A stretch of 64,000 bases of DNA. It comes from Bispira polyomma. Lineage: Eukaryota. Under the pieces are notes generated by a model that saw only the letters and a list, made by a program, of their open reading frames with translations, made no database searches and was not told the DNA's origin. Position numbers and translations under genes: made by a program. Of this stretch, positions 25,334 to 39,967 are shown one piece after another; within the stretch, counting starts at the first letter, position 1; each line of letters begins with the position of its first letter. The stretch covers positions 62,558,001-62,622,000 of the forward strand of contig OZ287755.1 of NCBI GenBank assembly GCA_965649765.1. Direction: 5' to 3'.

Positions 25334-26258
25334 CTAAGAAAACAAAAACACCAGGTATTGATGGACAAAATATGGCATTAATTTTTATCAGGAATGTAAT
25401 TATTATAACAAAAATAAAAAGGTATCTTAGTTCAAAATTTAATAAATTAAATTTATAGTTTTACTACAAAAGCATATTTTGTTAATATATTAGTGTAGCA
25501 TCATTTTGCTGATTTCCTTTTTAATTTTGAAATGCAAATAATTTTACAATAACAACCAACCAATACAAAATTAAAGTTTCTCACAAATAACTTACACTAA
25601 ATCAATTACATTACATCTTAGACATATACATAACTAGAAGGGCACTCAGTAGAGTGCATACTTCCGCCAAGGTGTCACAGTGCCATACATATATAAAGTG
25701 AAAAACAATTCCTGTATACTGAAGTTTTAACTGCATATAGTCCAAAATAGTATAGTTTATGCTTGGCCCATGTCCCCATTTCTCTTCCACAATTTAGGAT
25801 AATTGATTCAGAAGTTAAAGTGGCTTGTTTTGTGACAAACCAATCAACAGACACAGGTAATAACAGAAGCGAAGGAAAAATATCCAAATGGCCTCTTGAA
25901 TATATTTACCTACAGGGACTGTCAGCAATTCTTAACGATTGGACATTGAACATTTTTGATAAATTTTTCCTCTTTTATAGAGTAATCTACCCCTATGTTG
26001 CTATGAAAATTATCATACATATGCAATTAATGATTTGTGGTGACCACCATTCAGAATTATCAACTACCGTTCATGATTGCCGACTACCATTCAGAATTAC
26101 CAACTACTGTTCATGATTGCCGACTACCATTCAGAATTACCAACTACCGTTCAGAATTACTGACTATCATTCAGAATTTATGACTATGACTACGATAGCC
26201 ATATTAACTGTGAGTAGGTAATAAAGAAATCAAAGAATAATACATCAGAAATCCATAC

Positions 26259-26402
26259 CTGCAGATTTACAACTCTGACAACACTCTCTGTGGCATCTCT
26301 TACAGTTACAGGGATCTGCCTTCACCCAGTCTTTACAGGTGTACCCCACTCCAGACTTAAACCAACGCTTATGAGAGTCGTCTTCACAGGAATCACTCTC
26401 AT
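26259..26402 (-). CDS. Exon E12: beta module with 8 Cys (absent from the ORF track)
   Basis: ttctaaag|AT ... GCA G|gtatgg. Encodes ESDSCEDDSHKRWFKSGVGYTCKDWVKADPCNCKRCHRECCQSCKSA. Confidence 0.88.
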
Positions 26403-27338
26403 CTTTAGAATTACAGCAGAACCTCTATTATCCGAACTTCTATTTTCCAAATGTTAATTTTTTCCATTAATTCATTTCAACTCTTACAAATTTATTTATA
26501 TTATTTTATACATGTTTCATATATATTCAGGTTTATAAATAAGTACAGCAGATTAACTTCTATCATCCAAACCTCAATATCTAAATACATTTATTCACTT
26601 TTGTCACTCCCCCAAGTCAATTCTTTCCTATTATTTTTTGTCCAGAGTAATATCTCTTTTATTTTAAGAACCCTTCTATTGCCTAAATGATCATTCATTT
26701 GCAATTTAATTCCAATTGTTTTTTTTTGTTTTTTTGGAGGGGGGGGGGGGTCTATTATTTGACACAGGTTTTGTATTTCTTCAAGATTTCAGTTTTATAA
26801 AATTTTAAATGCAGTTCTATCCAACCTAGTTTTTTTTAAATGCATTATCCAAAAATTCTATTATCCACATATTTAATACTTATAATTAAAAAACAAACTT
26901 TCACTGTCCTAAATTTCTCCTTTTCATACTGTTTGGTAGTATAATGCCTCTTCTATTTATGAAACTATTTATTCAAACGAAAAACTTGTTGGCCCAACAT
27001 GTTTGGGCAATAAAGCTTCTAATGTACTTTGAATATATGATAACTTGCTTGAATAGTGAAGGTTTACTGTACTTTAAAATATAGCAACTTAAACATGACT
27101 TGTAAATTTTGTAGTCTTAGTTCCAGTACGAGTTAGAAAATATCTTTGCTCAGTGATCTTTACATTACTCAAATTCATTGTTTGGTGTAAGCTAACTTTT
27201 ACACTTTGGTTTTAAACAAAAATTAAATTAATTGGAATAATGCCATGTTTGCCTTGGCTAATTCAATTCACTCCGTTAAAAAACTATACACATTTGTCTA
27301 TATTTATAGGGCTTAAGAGGTTCTGTTTTGGTACTTAC

Positions 27339-27515
27339 TAAACCCATGTCTACATGTGAGGCAGCAGGTGCCATTGTCCTGCCCAATAAATGGCCTCCCA
27401 CATAATGTGAGATTAGTCTCCACCAGCTGTTGACAAGAGTAGGCAGACACACCTGTACCCAGGGTGATGCTGTGGGTGGATGACAGTGTATCCTTGCAAG
27501 TAACATTGGCTTTAT
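27339..27515 (-). CDS. Exon E11: alpha module
   Basis: aaacag|AT ... TTT A|gtaagt. Encodes CKDTLSSTH...SCQQLVETNLTLC...TCCLTC. Confidence 0.85.
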
Positions 27516-29273
27516 CTGTTTTCGTCATAACAATATGTATGCAGCAATGAGCTAATTAACATAAATGTATAATGCCTCTCAAATATGTGTATGCAGTGTG
27601 TTTTTAAAAATGGATATTATATGCAGCTTATTTAACATAATTTATGTATTTTGATGGTATGATGCACATGTGGTGTTATAAATGTGGGACAGATATGCAG
27701 TATATGTGAGTTAAATATGGATGCAGTTTGTTAACATAAGTTGATGTAATTCTGCCAGTTTTCTGCATGTACATTACAGCTAGAGTAAGCTAAGGTTCAA
27801 TAAATCAAAAAGCATTTGTGCCACATATAATATTTACATGTACATATCTGATGTATTATATTTATATTTTATGCAGAAATTTACTGATGTATATTTTTTT
27901 TTACACAGAAAAACAAATTAAAAGCAGGAAGTTTACTATTATATTTCATGCTTCAAAAGTTAACTGGACTCTTTTTTGGCTGCGCAAATGCAGCAATATT
28001 ATAACCATACATTAGATTCTTGTGATAAAGAGGTTAAATTTTAGGTCAATTTAAGTTTTCACAATGGCTGTGATCCATGCTTACCCAAGATTACAGATGG
28101 AAATCACTGTGGGTTCAAATTTTTATACCGCTTTCATTGAGGGATGTTTTTGTGACCGACTAATTGCCACATATGCAAGAGCATCCTTTTTCTAAGTCGC
28201 TGAAGTGGGAGGCGGGCCTAAGGTTTGCATTCGAAATAGTTTTTGAAAGTCATGTCTTAGATTGAGGGCAGACAAATAACCTTGCACTATTGTGAATACT
28301 TGTATCTAGCATTGTGTTGTACATGTATTTCCCATTTTTAACATGCCTTATTAATGCGCGGAAACAGGCGCAACTACAGAATCAATTGACAAATAAAGAA
28401 GTCCAAAAAACATAGTCAGGCCATAATTAAGGAAGGATGGAGGTGGTGTGTACATGGACGGAACTAATGGGGAAAGTGAGTCTGAAGAGATAGCTTTTAA
28501 GTTTTCTCCTAAACCCAGAAAGTGTTACTAGTGATGTAAGCTCAACTGGGAGACTGTTTTATAATATAGGGGCAGCAATGGAAAAAGGTCTAGATCAAGC
28601 CCACTTAATGAGTTCAACAGAGGATGTTAAAATAGCATGTTCCAATAACAGGTTGATCACTGTTTAAAAGCATGTGTGTACAAGCATGTACAACTTAGAA
28701 AGGATATTTATACATGTATATAGGTTAAACTATAGTGTTTTCATATACATATGTTCTTTTATAATTCAGCATCAAAGGTACTTTTAAGATCCAGCTGTGT
28801 TTTACAAGTATTTACATCAGAGTGCTACTTGAAAGTTATGCTGTAAATTTCATCTTTCAATTTTAATTTTTTACAAAATCAAGGCATACATATTTTGATC
28901 ATCTGTTTAACTCAATTTGTTAAAAAAAAAAGCCCTGGTAAACTGACTCCAGCAAGAAAAGAATTTAATACCAATGGACTTGTTCTGTTTTTGTAATTTG
29001 ATGGACAAATAATAAATAGCACCAGGCAGTTTTATATGTTAAGATATATCCGATTCTAATTTACACTGATGTAATAAGGTTCCAGCAAAGAATGCAAAAA
29101 AATTGGTTCTGATAGTACCATCAGGCTATTTATATGGTTCCACAGTATGAGTCCCTTTTAATACCTCACATGGTGAAAAACAATTTAACCACTAACCCTC
29201 TCTGTCTTTGTTAAGCTCATTGGTTTTAACTTGAACTTAAGAAAACAAATTATGGTCTGATGAAAATGTGGGT

Positions 29274-29579
29274 TTAACCTTTTTAACCCCTAAGTTGTCA
29301 TCTAGCAGCCAAAAGCATTTGTTACTCCCAGAACCTATGTCTGTTGACAAGTAGTCAACACACAAAAAAACATTATATTATTTCCCTTCAGTTCTTCCCA
29401 ATAGGATATTGTTAGCATGGCAGACCTCCCTGCTTAAAAAAAACATATGAGATGCTGTTATTGAATGCCAGAAGTATTCTGTGGTGTGTGTTTTAGTGGC
29501 TCCTGCTATTTGTAACCTATTACCCAAATTGTTTCTTCAGTTCCCGGCAATAGTTTTCTATTGGGGTCTAAAGGGTTAA
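29274..29579. mobile_element. piggyBac-like MITE (copies ~37323-37560, 37696-37985, 45118-45430, 48585-48822)
   Basis: TTAA-CCTTT...CCCC ... GGGGTCTAAAGGG-TTAA termini; shared interior CTAGCAGCCAA..GCATTTGTTACTCCCAGAACCTATGTC. Confidence 0.7.
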
Positions 29580-30919
29580 ATTTACAATGTTTGACTGGAT
29601 TATCTGATGAGACCTAGATGTATAAGGGATTGAAAGCTATTGAAGTTACAACCTAGTTTTAAACCTCCGGTAGTATTTTGTGATTATGCCACCAGTTCAA
29701 CCACTTATGCATACTAACTACTGTGGTATCACAGTGCCTTATCAAAACAAAATGTTGCACTAAAGAATAATATCCTAATACTAGAGCAGAGTTTCTCCTA
29801 TCATTCATTAAAGTGGGCTGATCTCACACCCTTTAATCTAAATTATTGTTGGACTAAGAAGCAGCCTAGATATGAGTGAAGAGGTGTTCCCTATAAATAG
29901 CAGATATCTCACACACACTCTGAATCTACCTTTGGCACTGTTTGGGGAAGCGAGGTGAAACACTAATTAAAAATAGTACTCAGGATGGATGTCGAATGCA
30001 CTAAACTGATTTATTCCTTTGTACTGAGTGACAAATATAGCGTTGGATTATTAATAGTACTTGTTATTCTAAATTTCCACACATCTGGATCTACTAAGCT
30101 ACACAATTTAGTGCCGTATGGTGGGGATGAAACATGGTGATAGATGCCTTCAAAAACAAATCTTATCAACCAATTGTCAATCGTTAATTTGTTGTATATA
30201 TAAAACCTGCACAAGGGGGTGGTTGTTGCTATATTGAAGCATAGGCACTATACACAGAGTTTCCTATATAAATATGGTTTAGTATTTAACACTGAATGTT
30301 TCTTGATGTGTCTTTCATATAAAAAACAAGACAATTAGCTAGCCAATACCATGATAAAAAAAGCTTCAATTGTGTATAACCTTTAATAATCCATAAATTG
30401 TTTATGGATCTTCTGTAAATTGTATAAAATAATGACTTTGTTTTCTATTTACTGTTCTTTACATATACCCCTATGTAGCTTACTGTTCTTTACAAATACC
30501 TCAATGCAGCTAAGTGAATCAGTTTCTAGTAGTACTCATATTTCCAAACTCCACTATTGCTACAAAAAATAATTTTTAATTTTTTTTTCTCATGCAGGCT
30601 TATTTATGTATGATGGCTGTTTGCTTAGTTTTCAACGAAACTGTCCAAACTAAAAAGGTACTCTTTGCCTCTGCCAAGGTGCTACAGTGCTCCAAAAAAG
30701 GATAGATCCTGAAAAAGGATTTCCACTAACAGGGTAGAAACAGGGTCCATTTTTTCTCTACATAACAGAGATATTGACTTCAGTTCTACTTGATTAAATT
30801 TGTGGTTTTGTGAAATAATACCAACAAAAAACCCCAACAAAAACAATCATATCAACTAACAGAACTGAGGAAAAACAGAAGCTCCTTGGCCAACGTAAAC
30901 TATTCTATTGCAGTAGGTA

Positions 30920-31116
30920 CAGTATAACCTCTAATATCCGAAATTCTATTATCCAAGTATTCAATTTAATAAACAAATTTCCATTCTCCCAAATTTAGAA
31001 TTTCCCCTTGTTTTTATACCAGAATGTCCAATCTGTTTGACCTTTCTGTTATCTAAGCCAAATCTTACTTTAATTTTTACTTTTCACAACACTTTTGGAT
31101 AATAGAGGTTGTATTG
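30920..31116. mobile_element. pogo/Tigger-like MITE (family also at ~690-840, 24040-24200, 26413-27025, 38386-38563, 43228-43275)
   Basis: TA|CAGTATAACCTCTAATATCCGAA ... TTGGATAATAGAGGTTGTATTG|TA. The same terminus CAGTAGAACCTCTATTATCC is dispersed through the window. Confidence 0.72.
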
Positions 31117-34100
31117 TATAGACGAAAAGCAAAGCATTTAAGCTACAAAAACTGCCTAAAAATTTTAACACCCAGCAGTGTTTTGAATGGTCTAAGACAG
31201 GTGTTAGGGTAGGGAACACACATATATATTATCAGCCAAAGCCAATAAATCTTTAAATAAAACAACAAAGGATTCATTCAGTAGTTTAATGGAATAACTA
31301 GTCCTCATAATAATATACGATCATATAAATATATCCTGAACATGACCCTGAAAAGCTAATCTCTAAATACAGATATATGAAAGTACCAAAGTGTATGGCT
31401 TTTACAAAACAAAATATAAATTCTTTTAATCCTGAATTAGTCAAAACTTAAAATGTATAGGATGCTTTTAGATGCAACAACAGTATTATTGTACTTTCCC
31501 GACAACCGTTTTTTTAGTTCTTGTTTTTTGGAATGGAAAAGGTTTTCCTTATTTTATTTCTGTTAATAACATTTTTTTTATATATCTTTTACAAATTGAA
31601 TTGAGTTTAATAATAAGAAGTTATTAAGATATCAAAAACAAAATGCAAAGTTTATCTGTAGCTATAATTACCTATAAATACATATTATACAGTCAGTAGT
31701 AATACCCTTGTAATGGGCACCATTATGGAATAATAATAAGGATGTACAGTTTCTTCGGATTGAACAATAAAAGATATTTTCAGGTGTTTACAAAAAATGA
31801 GTCACTCAGTTATACTCCATAATCCATATTAAACATTATAAGAAATTTTCATTTAATAATTAATCGTGAAGTTTTTTTTTGGTTTCTTGTCAAACCACGG
31901 CATAAACTGGCAGCATTACTTTTGCAGGAATAAACTATCTGCATTTAAAGTTTAACTGCAGAGAAAAGTTGCATTTTACATACATTTTTGGCACATTCAA
32001 GCAATGCATTGCAATTAGTTTAGTGTGTTAAATCGATAACCAACCAAATTATTATTCAGGAAATAATCATAAAACAAAGATTTTGAATCATTCTTAATCC
32101 AAATGCCAACTGTTAAAGTAGGATCTCCTTAATTGTAATCCATATTAAATATGTTATTTGTTAATCTGTTACAACATTAGCACCAATAGAGTATGCGATA
32201 AAACATTTTCTGTTAACGAATATAACAAATCTGTAAGGACACAAAAACACACATATGTACACAAATGACATCAAAAACACATGTACACTAGCCAAAGCCA
32301 TATCAAACTTCATAACTGAATAAAACGGAAGACTTTATGTTAATTTTTTTTAAATCCACAAGACTCTAACCTTTATTATGTGTCCTTTTTCAATCTAAAT
32401 TATTAATTTTATCAACCATTATTTATGTTTCAGCCATTTTTGTTTTACTATTTTATATAAATTCTTATGTACCAACAATAGAGGTTATGTTGAAAAGTAT
32501 TATGGAACTAGTTTTTATAATTTGTGTTGCAATTTGAAAAACATTATATTGGCAATAAATAGATCTGATGAAGGGATAGTGACATAAGCTACAGGTTTTT
32601 CAAAGTCTTCTGTTTTGTAAAAACACTGAAAGCACAATCTGATCACAAACCATCCTGGGGTAAAAAGGTGTTTAAAGATGCCACAACTGTTAAGTTACAT
32701 TTTGTTTGCAAAAGCTTGAAAGCCAATTATTACTTATAAGACAAGCTGTTTATGTGCTACAAATTAATGTACACAGCAGATAATATTGTATATATAGTCA
32801 CAAAAACTAACTGATTATTATCATATGTTAGGGAAACAGTTACTATTTTACTAAAGGTAAAACTACCAACACAGTCATCATGAATTATTCTAGCTACCAG
32901 TTTTGGAGAGGTTGAAAATTATTAAGTATTTAACCCATTGCTTACAAATGATGAACAAGCTTTGACAAGATGGATAATTTAATATAGGAAACTGGCCATA
33001 AACGTTTTAAGATATTCTAACTTAACGGTAATATTCAACCTTTCCAATTTAAATGGTTATAGTTGAAATAAGTAAAAGAAGTTAACTTCTAACTGTAAAC
33101 AACTACAAAAGTACAAAATCAACAAATTACATTTAACTGGTAACTATAATATAATAACATCAGTAATTACATTTTAAACAAATGTTTTACAAAATGGTAT
33201 GGAATACAAAAATAAAGAAGATTTCATGAAGTTGGATGTAAGTAAGAAAACTTTGGTTCTAATTGGAGTGATTAAGATCAGTAACACATTACAATAATGT
33301 CAAGTTCAACACAAGCTTTAGGAACTTGAGGGACTTCTTTCACAGAGTCCATGATATGTTGTAATGGTCGTTTTAATTGATGAACCCTTGCTTTACTTAT
33401 GCATCTGTTGCAAAAGTTGAGCAGTAGACTCCTTACCACGATTGCACCGAAATATTCAGGGCATAATTTTGAAAGCAAAATAAGAACGCAGCAAATTTAT
33501 ACTAAAAAGAAATATTTCTACCACAACTCATCTCAGGATTATTACACAACACAAAGGGCTATTGGTTTATGAAGATTAGGTGAGAATTATTTGCAGTTAT
33601 ATTACTAAAATTGCAATTAGATATACTCGCCTGTTTAAATAAATTAGTAACTTTTTAGAAAAAAACATTTCAGAAAACTTTTGTATGAAAGTAGTAATTT
33701 AGCCATACTAATGATAGTTACATGTTTTAGACTGTTAATAAATGCCCAAATGGTGTCTGTTTCATAGCTTGGTGTTTCAGATCCATCCATCCATCCCAGG
33801 TTTATCATTTAAAAGCTTGCAGTTATCTGGAACTGCATGTGGACTGTTAGAGGAATCAGATCACTATAAAAAATGTTTTAGGAGGAAACTATTGCTAGGG
33901 CTTGGGAAAGTTTGAGATTAGGAGCTGTCACTGGATTTTAAAAAAGGAAGATTCAGAAAAGGGGTAAGATATTAGTATCTAGCACAGTCTACCCAGAATG
34001 TTAGTAGTAATTAATACAAAATAAACAATGTAAAACAAGTTAACAACATATACATAACATAAAGAATAAACTAACACTGTAACAGTATCTAGATAACGGT

Positions 34101-34484
34101 CAATAAAAATCAACTAAGAAATAAACCAGCAAATGATCATTTTAGTGAAAGAAAAGACAGGTTTTACATAAATCGGGTCCCATATTCCCTAAACACACTC
34201 AAGCTCATGCAGAAACTCAACTTAATTGGTGGCCTATGTGGAAGTCCATGTTCATGGAGTAAACCTATACTTGTGACCATTCATTTTAGGCTAGCTTCCA
34301 TCTCTGAATCTAAATATGTAGTCAATTCAACTTTACTTCCACCCTAGCCGGAGATAGTAAGACTTCAGATTTGAGTCTGAGTTGAGCTTGAGATCTTTAA
34401 AGAATATGGCCCCCACTAATGTTAGTAGTAAATCCTCTTGACACTGAACAACATCAGCCTTCTCTCCCAAAGTGGTCTTTCTCT

Positions 34485-34711
34485 CTATCTCCCTTTATTG
34501 AAGAACTCAGACAACCTACCTACTTGGCTGCATGTTCTGCAACATGCCCTTCCTTCACCTCCAAGTCTGGCACATGCTTCAGGGAAGTCTCGAGCGATCT
34601 GATAGCAGGAGGTCACATTCTGCTTCGTTACGTCCCCTTTCACATTCACATTTCTCACAACGTAGGGGGTTTCACTAGAAAGGGTATCTCTGCACTGACA
34701 TTGGGTAAGAT
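34485..34711 (-). CDS. Exon E10: gamma module (either spliced out at 34520 or terminal, ending NKGR-stop at 34485)
   Basis: tttctcgtag|AT. Encodes CQCRDTLSS...SCYQIARDFPEACARLGGEGRACCRTC. Possible phase-1 donor GTA G|gtaggt. Confidence 0.85.
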
Positions 34712-37144
34712 CTACGAGAAATAGAAAGAAAACATGCACATTATTTTATTATAATACTTTTCAGCCTTTATTTTTCATTATATCAAATCCTAAGATGCTA
34801 GATCATATGATAATCAGACTGGAAGAAATGTAAGGTAGGAGCTGTCTTTATGTAAAAAAAAATTTTTTTTTTATCAAAATGGACATAAAAAACATAAAAT
34901 GTAATAAAAAACTGATATGCTAACATAAAATCCATATAAATATAAAAGTTTGAATAGTTTTTGTTGAAAAAATAGTTTGTTGTTCAAACGAAAAGTGGTG
35001 TGTAGTAGTTTGCATATAAAATAAACATTAGTTTATATTTTGCAACAGTTAATATTTAATCACTTGTGGGAAGAACATATAATTATCTTATTGTAAGGAC
35101 TAACTATGTTTCTTACTTCCAATGATTACAATTTCAATTTTGTCAGGATTAAATTTTAATTTGGATAAACAATCAAAGCCTAAACCCTGGCGAAACCACA
35201 TCCACCACTGAACCATAATCTTACTCTAGGTGGATATCCTTATCAGTGATGTCATATTAGTTGTGACATCACAAAAAAGCTGATGGATTTATTTTTATTT
35301 GATTGTCACAGGGGTTAGTGATAGACTAACTGTGGTTGAAATTGAAAATTGTCAACATTAGAGGTAGGTTTGTGTACAGTGAGGGTTAGAGTATCCAAAT
35401 TCCACTCTACCTCAGAGTTGGTTCATCTTAGCATCACAATGGTGTATACTAAGGGTTTATAGTGGGATAAAGGTTGAGTAAAAAACAAATTGAGTATCAG
35501 CATATATGTGACATGGACACTGTGATTGGATGTAACAAAACAAAGGGGGAATGTGTAAAGAGTACATATGAGAGGATAAAGACAAAACCTTTAGGTAATT
35601 CATATGACAGGCCTAGGTATCACAACACAAAGTCATAATCAATTAGGAACATAAATATAGGAGAAAATACAGGAAATTTTAATGAAGATATAGGAAAAAA
35701 AGTCATGTGTATGATATGAAGTCTTCCTGCTTTAAACCTTTAAATTTATTTCCATCTGTATGTTCTGGAAAGTTGTTCAATAATTCAATAAGTTTATTGA
35801 AATCTATTGCCATTAGTTAAGGACATATTTTCAAAAAAGTATGTACGGTCGAGGTTTTGACAAATATATAGTAACCATGTGTGCTCTGTAGGTTCATGTA
35901 AAGTGATCATATAATTAGTTTTTTTTCTATTATATACGAGCTAGATAGTATTTAAATCTAGTATATTTAACCTAGTGTAAGACGATGCCATTGATTCCAA
36001 ACTATCATTCAAGGGTATCAAATAATATACCATGGTTGATGGTATCAAATTCTGCTGAAAGGTCTAGAAGCATGAGGGCCTGCATGTCACTATGATCAAA
36101 GACCAGATTTATATAAACTAATAGAGAGAAGAGCACTCTTAGTGTATACAGATTAGTGAGTTACTTGGAATATATTGTTTGTTGAAGAGCTGATCTGTGA
36201 TCTCCTTGGCAACTGCTTTCTCAATTAATTTGTAGGCATAACAAAGGTTGGACACCAATTTAAAATTGTTAAATTTATTTTCTATCAAAACCACATTTTA
36301 GGTAGGAGGCAACATGAAATGGTTCTGAATCAGGAAGGAAATAAATCTTAAGGGAATAATTAACTTGATAGAGAAGGATTTTAAGATTTTAAAAACATCA
36401 TCATCATTAAAACGGCATTGCAATGGTTAGTGGCCATTCTATAGCGCTTCCTATCAAATGGTGACTTGGTGTATTGATTTGCTCTAATGGTTATTTACAA
36501 AGTTTGGCTTTATTGATGGCTGCTTTGGTTGAACCATGAGGCTCTGACATGGTGGCTAGAGTGTAGTAAAGTCAATTCAGTGCTAAAAGCTCTTATTATT
36601 ATAATGAATAGTCACAAAGTACTCGATATCTCCAGATAGAAGGATTTCCATATAGCCTTTATTTGAGTTGACTTTTAGTAAAGCTTAAAGTTTCTTTTGA
36701 TAATATGGGCGCAGATATGCTATAGAAGGAGACTGATAGAAGAAAAGGTTTGTGGTCAGAGTTCAGTCATAACCAGAAGACAGTTGTTAGGTTGGAAAAG
36801 CAAGTTTATACAGGTCTGTTTCGAGCTTACCAATCAGTAAGCAAGTACTTACCGACATCTATATATCCTTTTCAGAGAAGGAGTGCATTGGAGGATGATA
36901 TATCAACAGGGATTATACTGACAGGGCCCTTAAATCATATTGGCCTGACCTCGGGTACATATATCCTAGCATGGCCCTCATGAACATCTTGCCTTTTTTT
37001 ATTATACCAAAGCATTTTTTAGAGAGCCATAGCAAATATTTAGAGGGCCATATAGGGTTTTATGTTGTGTCATGTGATCGCATTTTAACCAATAGGATCG
37101 CTGGATTCGCCGTCGAGGTATAATAATGATCAGTATGTACTTAC

Positions 37145-37285
37145 CCACATTCCTACAGGACTGACAGCAGTGGCTGGCCACCTTCTGACAGTTACATGGG
37201 TCTGCGTGAACATACTCACGACACCCCATCATCCTCCCATTGTTCACTCTCCACCATCTCAATGCTTCATCTACACAGCTCAAGT
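37145..37285 (-). CDS. Exon E9: beta module
   Basis: cttgcag|AC ... GTG G|gtaagt. Encodes LSCVDEALRWW...GCREYVHADPCNCQKVASHCCQSC. Confidence 0.9.
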
Positions 37286-39802
37286 CTGCAAGAATAGAAT
37301 TTGTTGCATCATATATATTAAATTAACCTTTTCGACCCCTAGATTGTCGGCTAGCAGCCAATGGCATTTGTTACTCCGAGAACCTATGTCTGTCGGCAAG
37401 CAGCCAAGAACCCAAAAATGTTATTTTTTTTTCTACAGTTCCTTGCAATAGGATTTCATTAGTTACAGCTGACTTCCCCGTTAAAATACTATATGTCAGG
37501 TCTTGCAGTAGGAAGGAGTTGTGTGTGTTTTAGTGACTCCAACATTCCTCGCATTAGAAAATTGTCAGTACAACAGAATACAGTAGAGCTGGAATACCAG
37601 ATACTTATATTTAAAAAAGTGTGCTGAAAATTAATATGACTATACATGTATTTTAGATTACCTACATGATCGGTGAGTGAAGTAAAAGAGGCGCCTAACC
37701 ATTTCGATCCCTAGGTTGTCAACTAGTAGCCAATGACATTTGTCACTCCCAGAACCGATGTTTGTTGGCAAGTGGTCAACACTCAAAAACTATGTTGTTG
37801 TTTTTCCTTCAGTTCCTTCGGATAGAAAATTGTTAGTACTGCAGAGTTCCCCAATAAAAAAATATGTGAGGCTGTTACTGAATGCCGGAAGTAGTCTGTG
37901 GTGTGTGTTTTAGTGTCTTAAGCAATTTGTAACCTGTTACCAAAATATTTCAGCGAAAGTTTTTTCTTGAGGTTGAATGAGTTAATATATGGTCAGACAC
38001 CATCAAATATAGAGTAAAACCTCTATTATTCTAATTTGTATTATACAGGTATTCAAGCTTAGTTTCACTCTCTCATATTTATAGAGGTTTTCTTATTGTT
38101 TTATACAGAAACGTCTCATCTAGTTTATAACCGTGTACTCTCTAAACAAAATATCTTCTTATCACAGCATGTTTAGATGTTCAAAATATTTTAGTACAAT
38201 ATTTAGAAAATGTTATATATAACGAAAATATTTTATTTGCATTTCAATTCAAAAATCAATCGTCATGAATAGTTTCATTTTAACTATGTTAAAAAATTCA
38301 AATTGGTTGACAACGAAACTATTTTGTGAACTGAGTGTGAATTTTTTATATTTTTAGTGGTTAGAAGAGGTTAGAATTCCAGATAACAGTAGAACCTCCA
38401 TTTTCTAATGAACCTTGGAAAAGTTATTGAGATAATAGAACTGTTTGTACAATAGGGTGATATTGGTACAAAAACAACAGCAACACATAATTTTAGGCAG
38501 GAAAAATCAAGAGTTCATAAAAATCAAATATAATTGATGTTCGGATAATAGAAGTTTTACAGTACAAGAGCTGCTCTCTGTTCAGGAATTATAGGTCAAC
38601 CTATCACCAAAGCAAACTCAGCACCAACCAGCTCGGCACCAAACATGTACCATCAAGAAGATAAGAAAACAGTTTCTTTTTATTAAGCAAAGAAAATTGT
38701 TTAGACTGTGTCAACATAATAGTTTAGAACAATATTTATTTGAGCTAAAAATAACTCGCAAATATGATCACAACACACAAATATGATCTAATGATTATAT
38801 TTCTTCTTAAATGATGTAAGTAAAACGTGTATTCTCGATAATTAAATAAATTTGTTTTAATTTCCTGCACTTACATTTCTAGAGTTTGTTGAGCAATTTG
38901 TAAAAATTAAAATTTTATGTAACTAAATTAAATCTCAGTAGTGATGAAATTGTGATGTAGAATTGGTCTGGAGTTGGTTTGGCCGGTGCCGAGTTTTCTT
39001 TGGTGGCGTCTCAACCATGTGACCTTTCCCTCTTTATTTATATGATATGTGGTAGTCATGTAAATAAATTTAAATCTTAGCCAAAAAAATTCTTAAAAAC
39101 AACAAAATTGAAAAATATAAGAATCTTTGTGGTACCCGACTCAACCTTCACATTTCTCAGAATAAAATTTTTAGGATTTTTTTAAGTTTCAGCCATAATA
39201 AAACTTCAAAATAAATCTTTTGCAACAAAAATGACAGAGGTGGCACATAGCCTATATTTGAGTTGAATAGATTTTACTATATAATATTTTGATAAAAAAT
39301 AATACTTAATAATTGTATTATTCCCACATGTAGGCCCCCCATAGCCTAGTGGTTAGGGAGTGGTGATCAGTTCAAATTTTCAATTCAAAAGTTCTGATCA
39401 TGTGACTGGGTTCATTAGTGGAATTTCATGTACGTCTCCACAAGTACAATCTGGTGATGTACGATTGTACCATTTGCGCTAAATATTGGTGGTTTGTGTC
39501 TCCACAGTGTGATTTGGTAAAGGGTTTACAAGACTTTTAATAGATTTAATATGGTTTATAACACCACCACCGCGGCAATTTTTCGGTCCGATGCAAACAT
39601 TTTTGCTCCCGCAAAAGCTTTTATCGCAAACACAAATACTACAGTTGGTTTGTGTGTGGAGACAGTTGTATATACCGTATAAGGAGGAAACAAACTACAA
39701 ATCGTACTTCGTATGGCAAAATTGGTACTTGTGGAGAGGAGAACACCATGTCCATTGCTTCCTTTTTCGAATCGTTTGAGACAAAACTGAGTTGTGACTG
39801 AC

Positions 39803-39967
39803 CTACACCTTGACAGGAGTGACAGCAGTCTCCTCCCTGACCCCCGTAATCCCCACAGAACTGAGCGTAGTCTCTACGCAGGATACGGCAGTCATCTATG
39901 GTCCCGTTGTTACTCAGAATGATGGGGAAATCTGGTGAAAGCCTATCTGTGCAGGTCTGTGCTGGTC
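39803..39967 (-). CDS. Exon E8: alpha module
   Basis: aatatag|GA ... GTA G|gtcagt. Encodes CTDRLSPDFP...DDCRILRRDYAQFCGDYGGQGGDCCHSC. Confidence 0.9.

Noticed and set aside
27520-34480. Search for a promoter or signal-peptide exon for block 2 (e.g. TATAAAA near 28125 with a donor at 28084)
   Set aside because: No ATG plus hydrophobic exon with a compatible donor was found, and the signals are too weak in AT-rich DNA.
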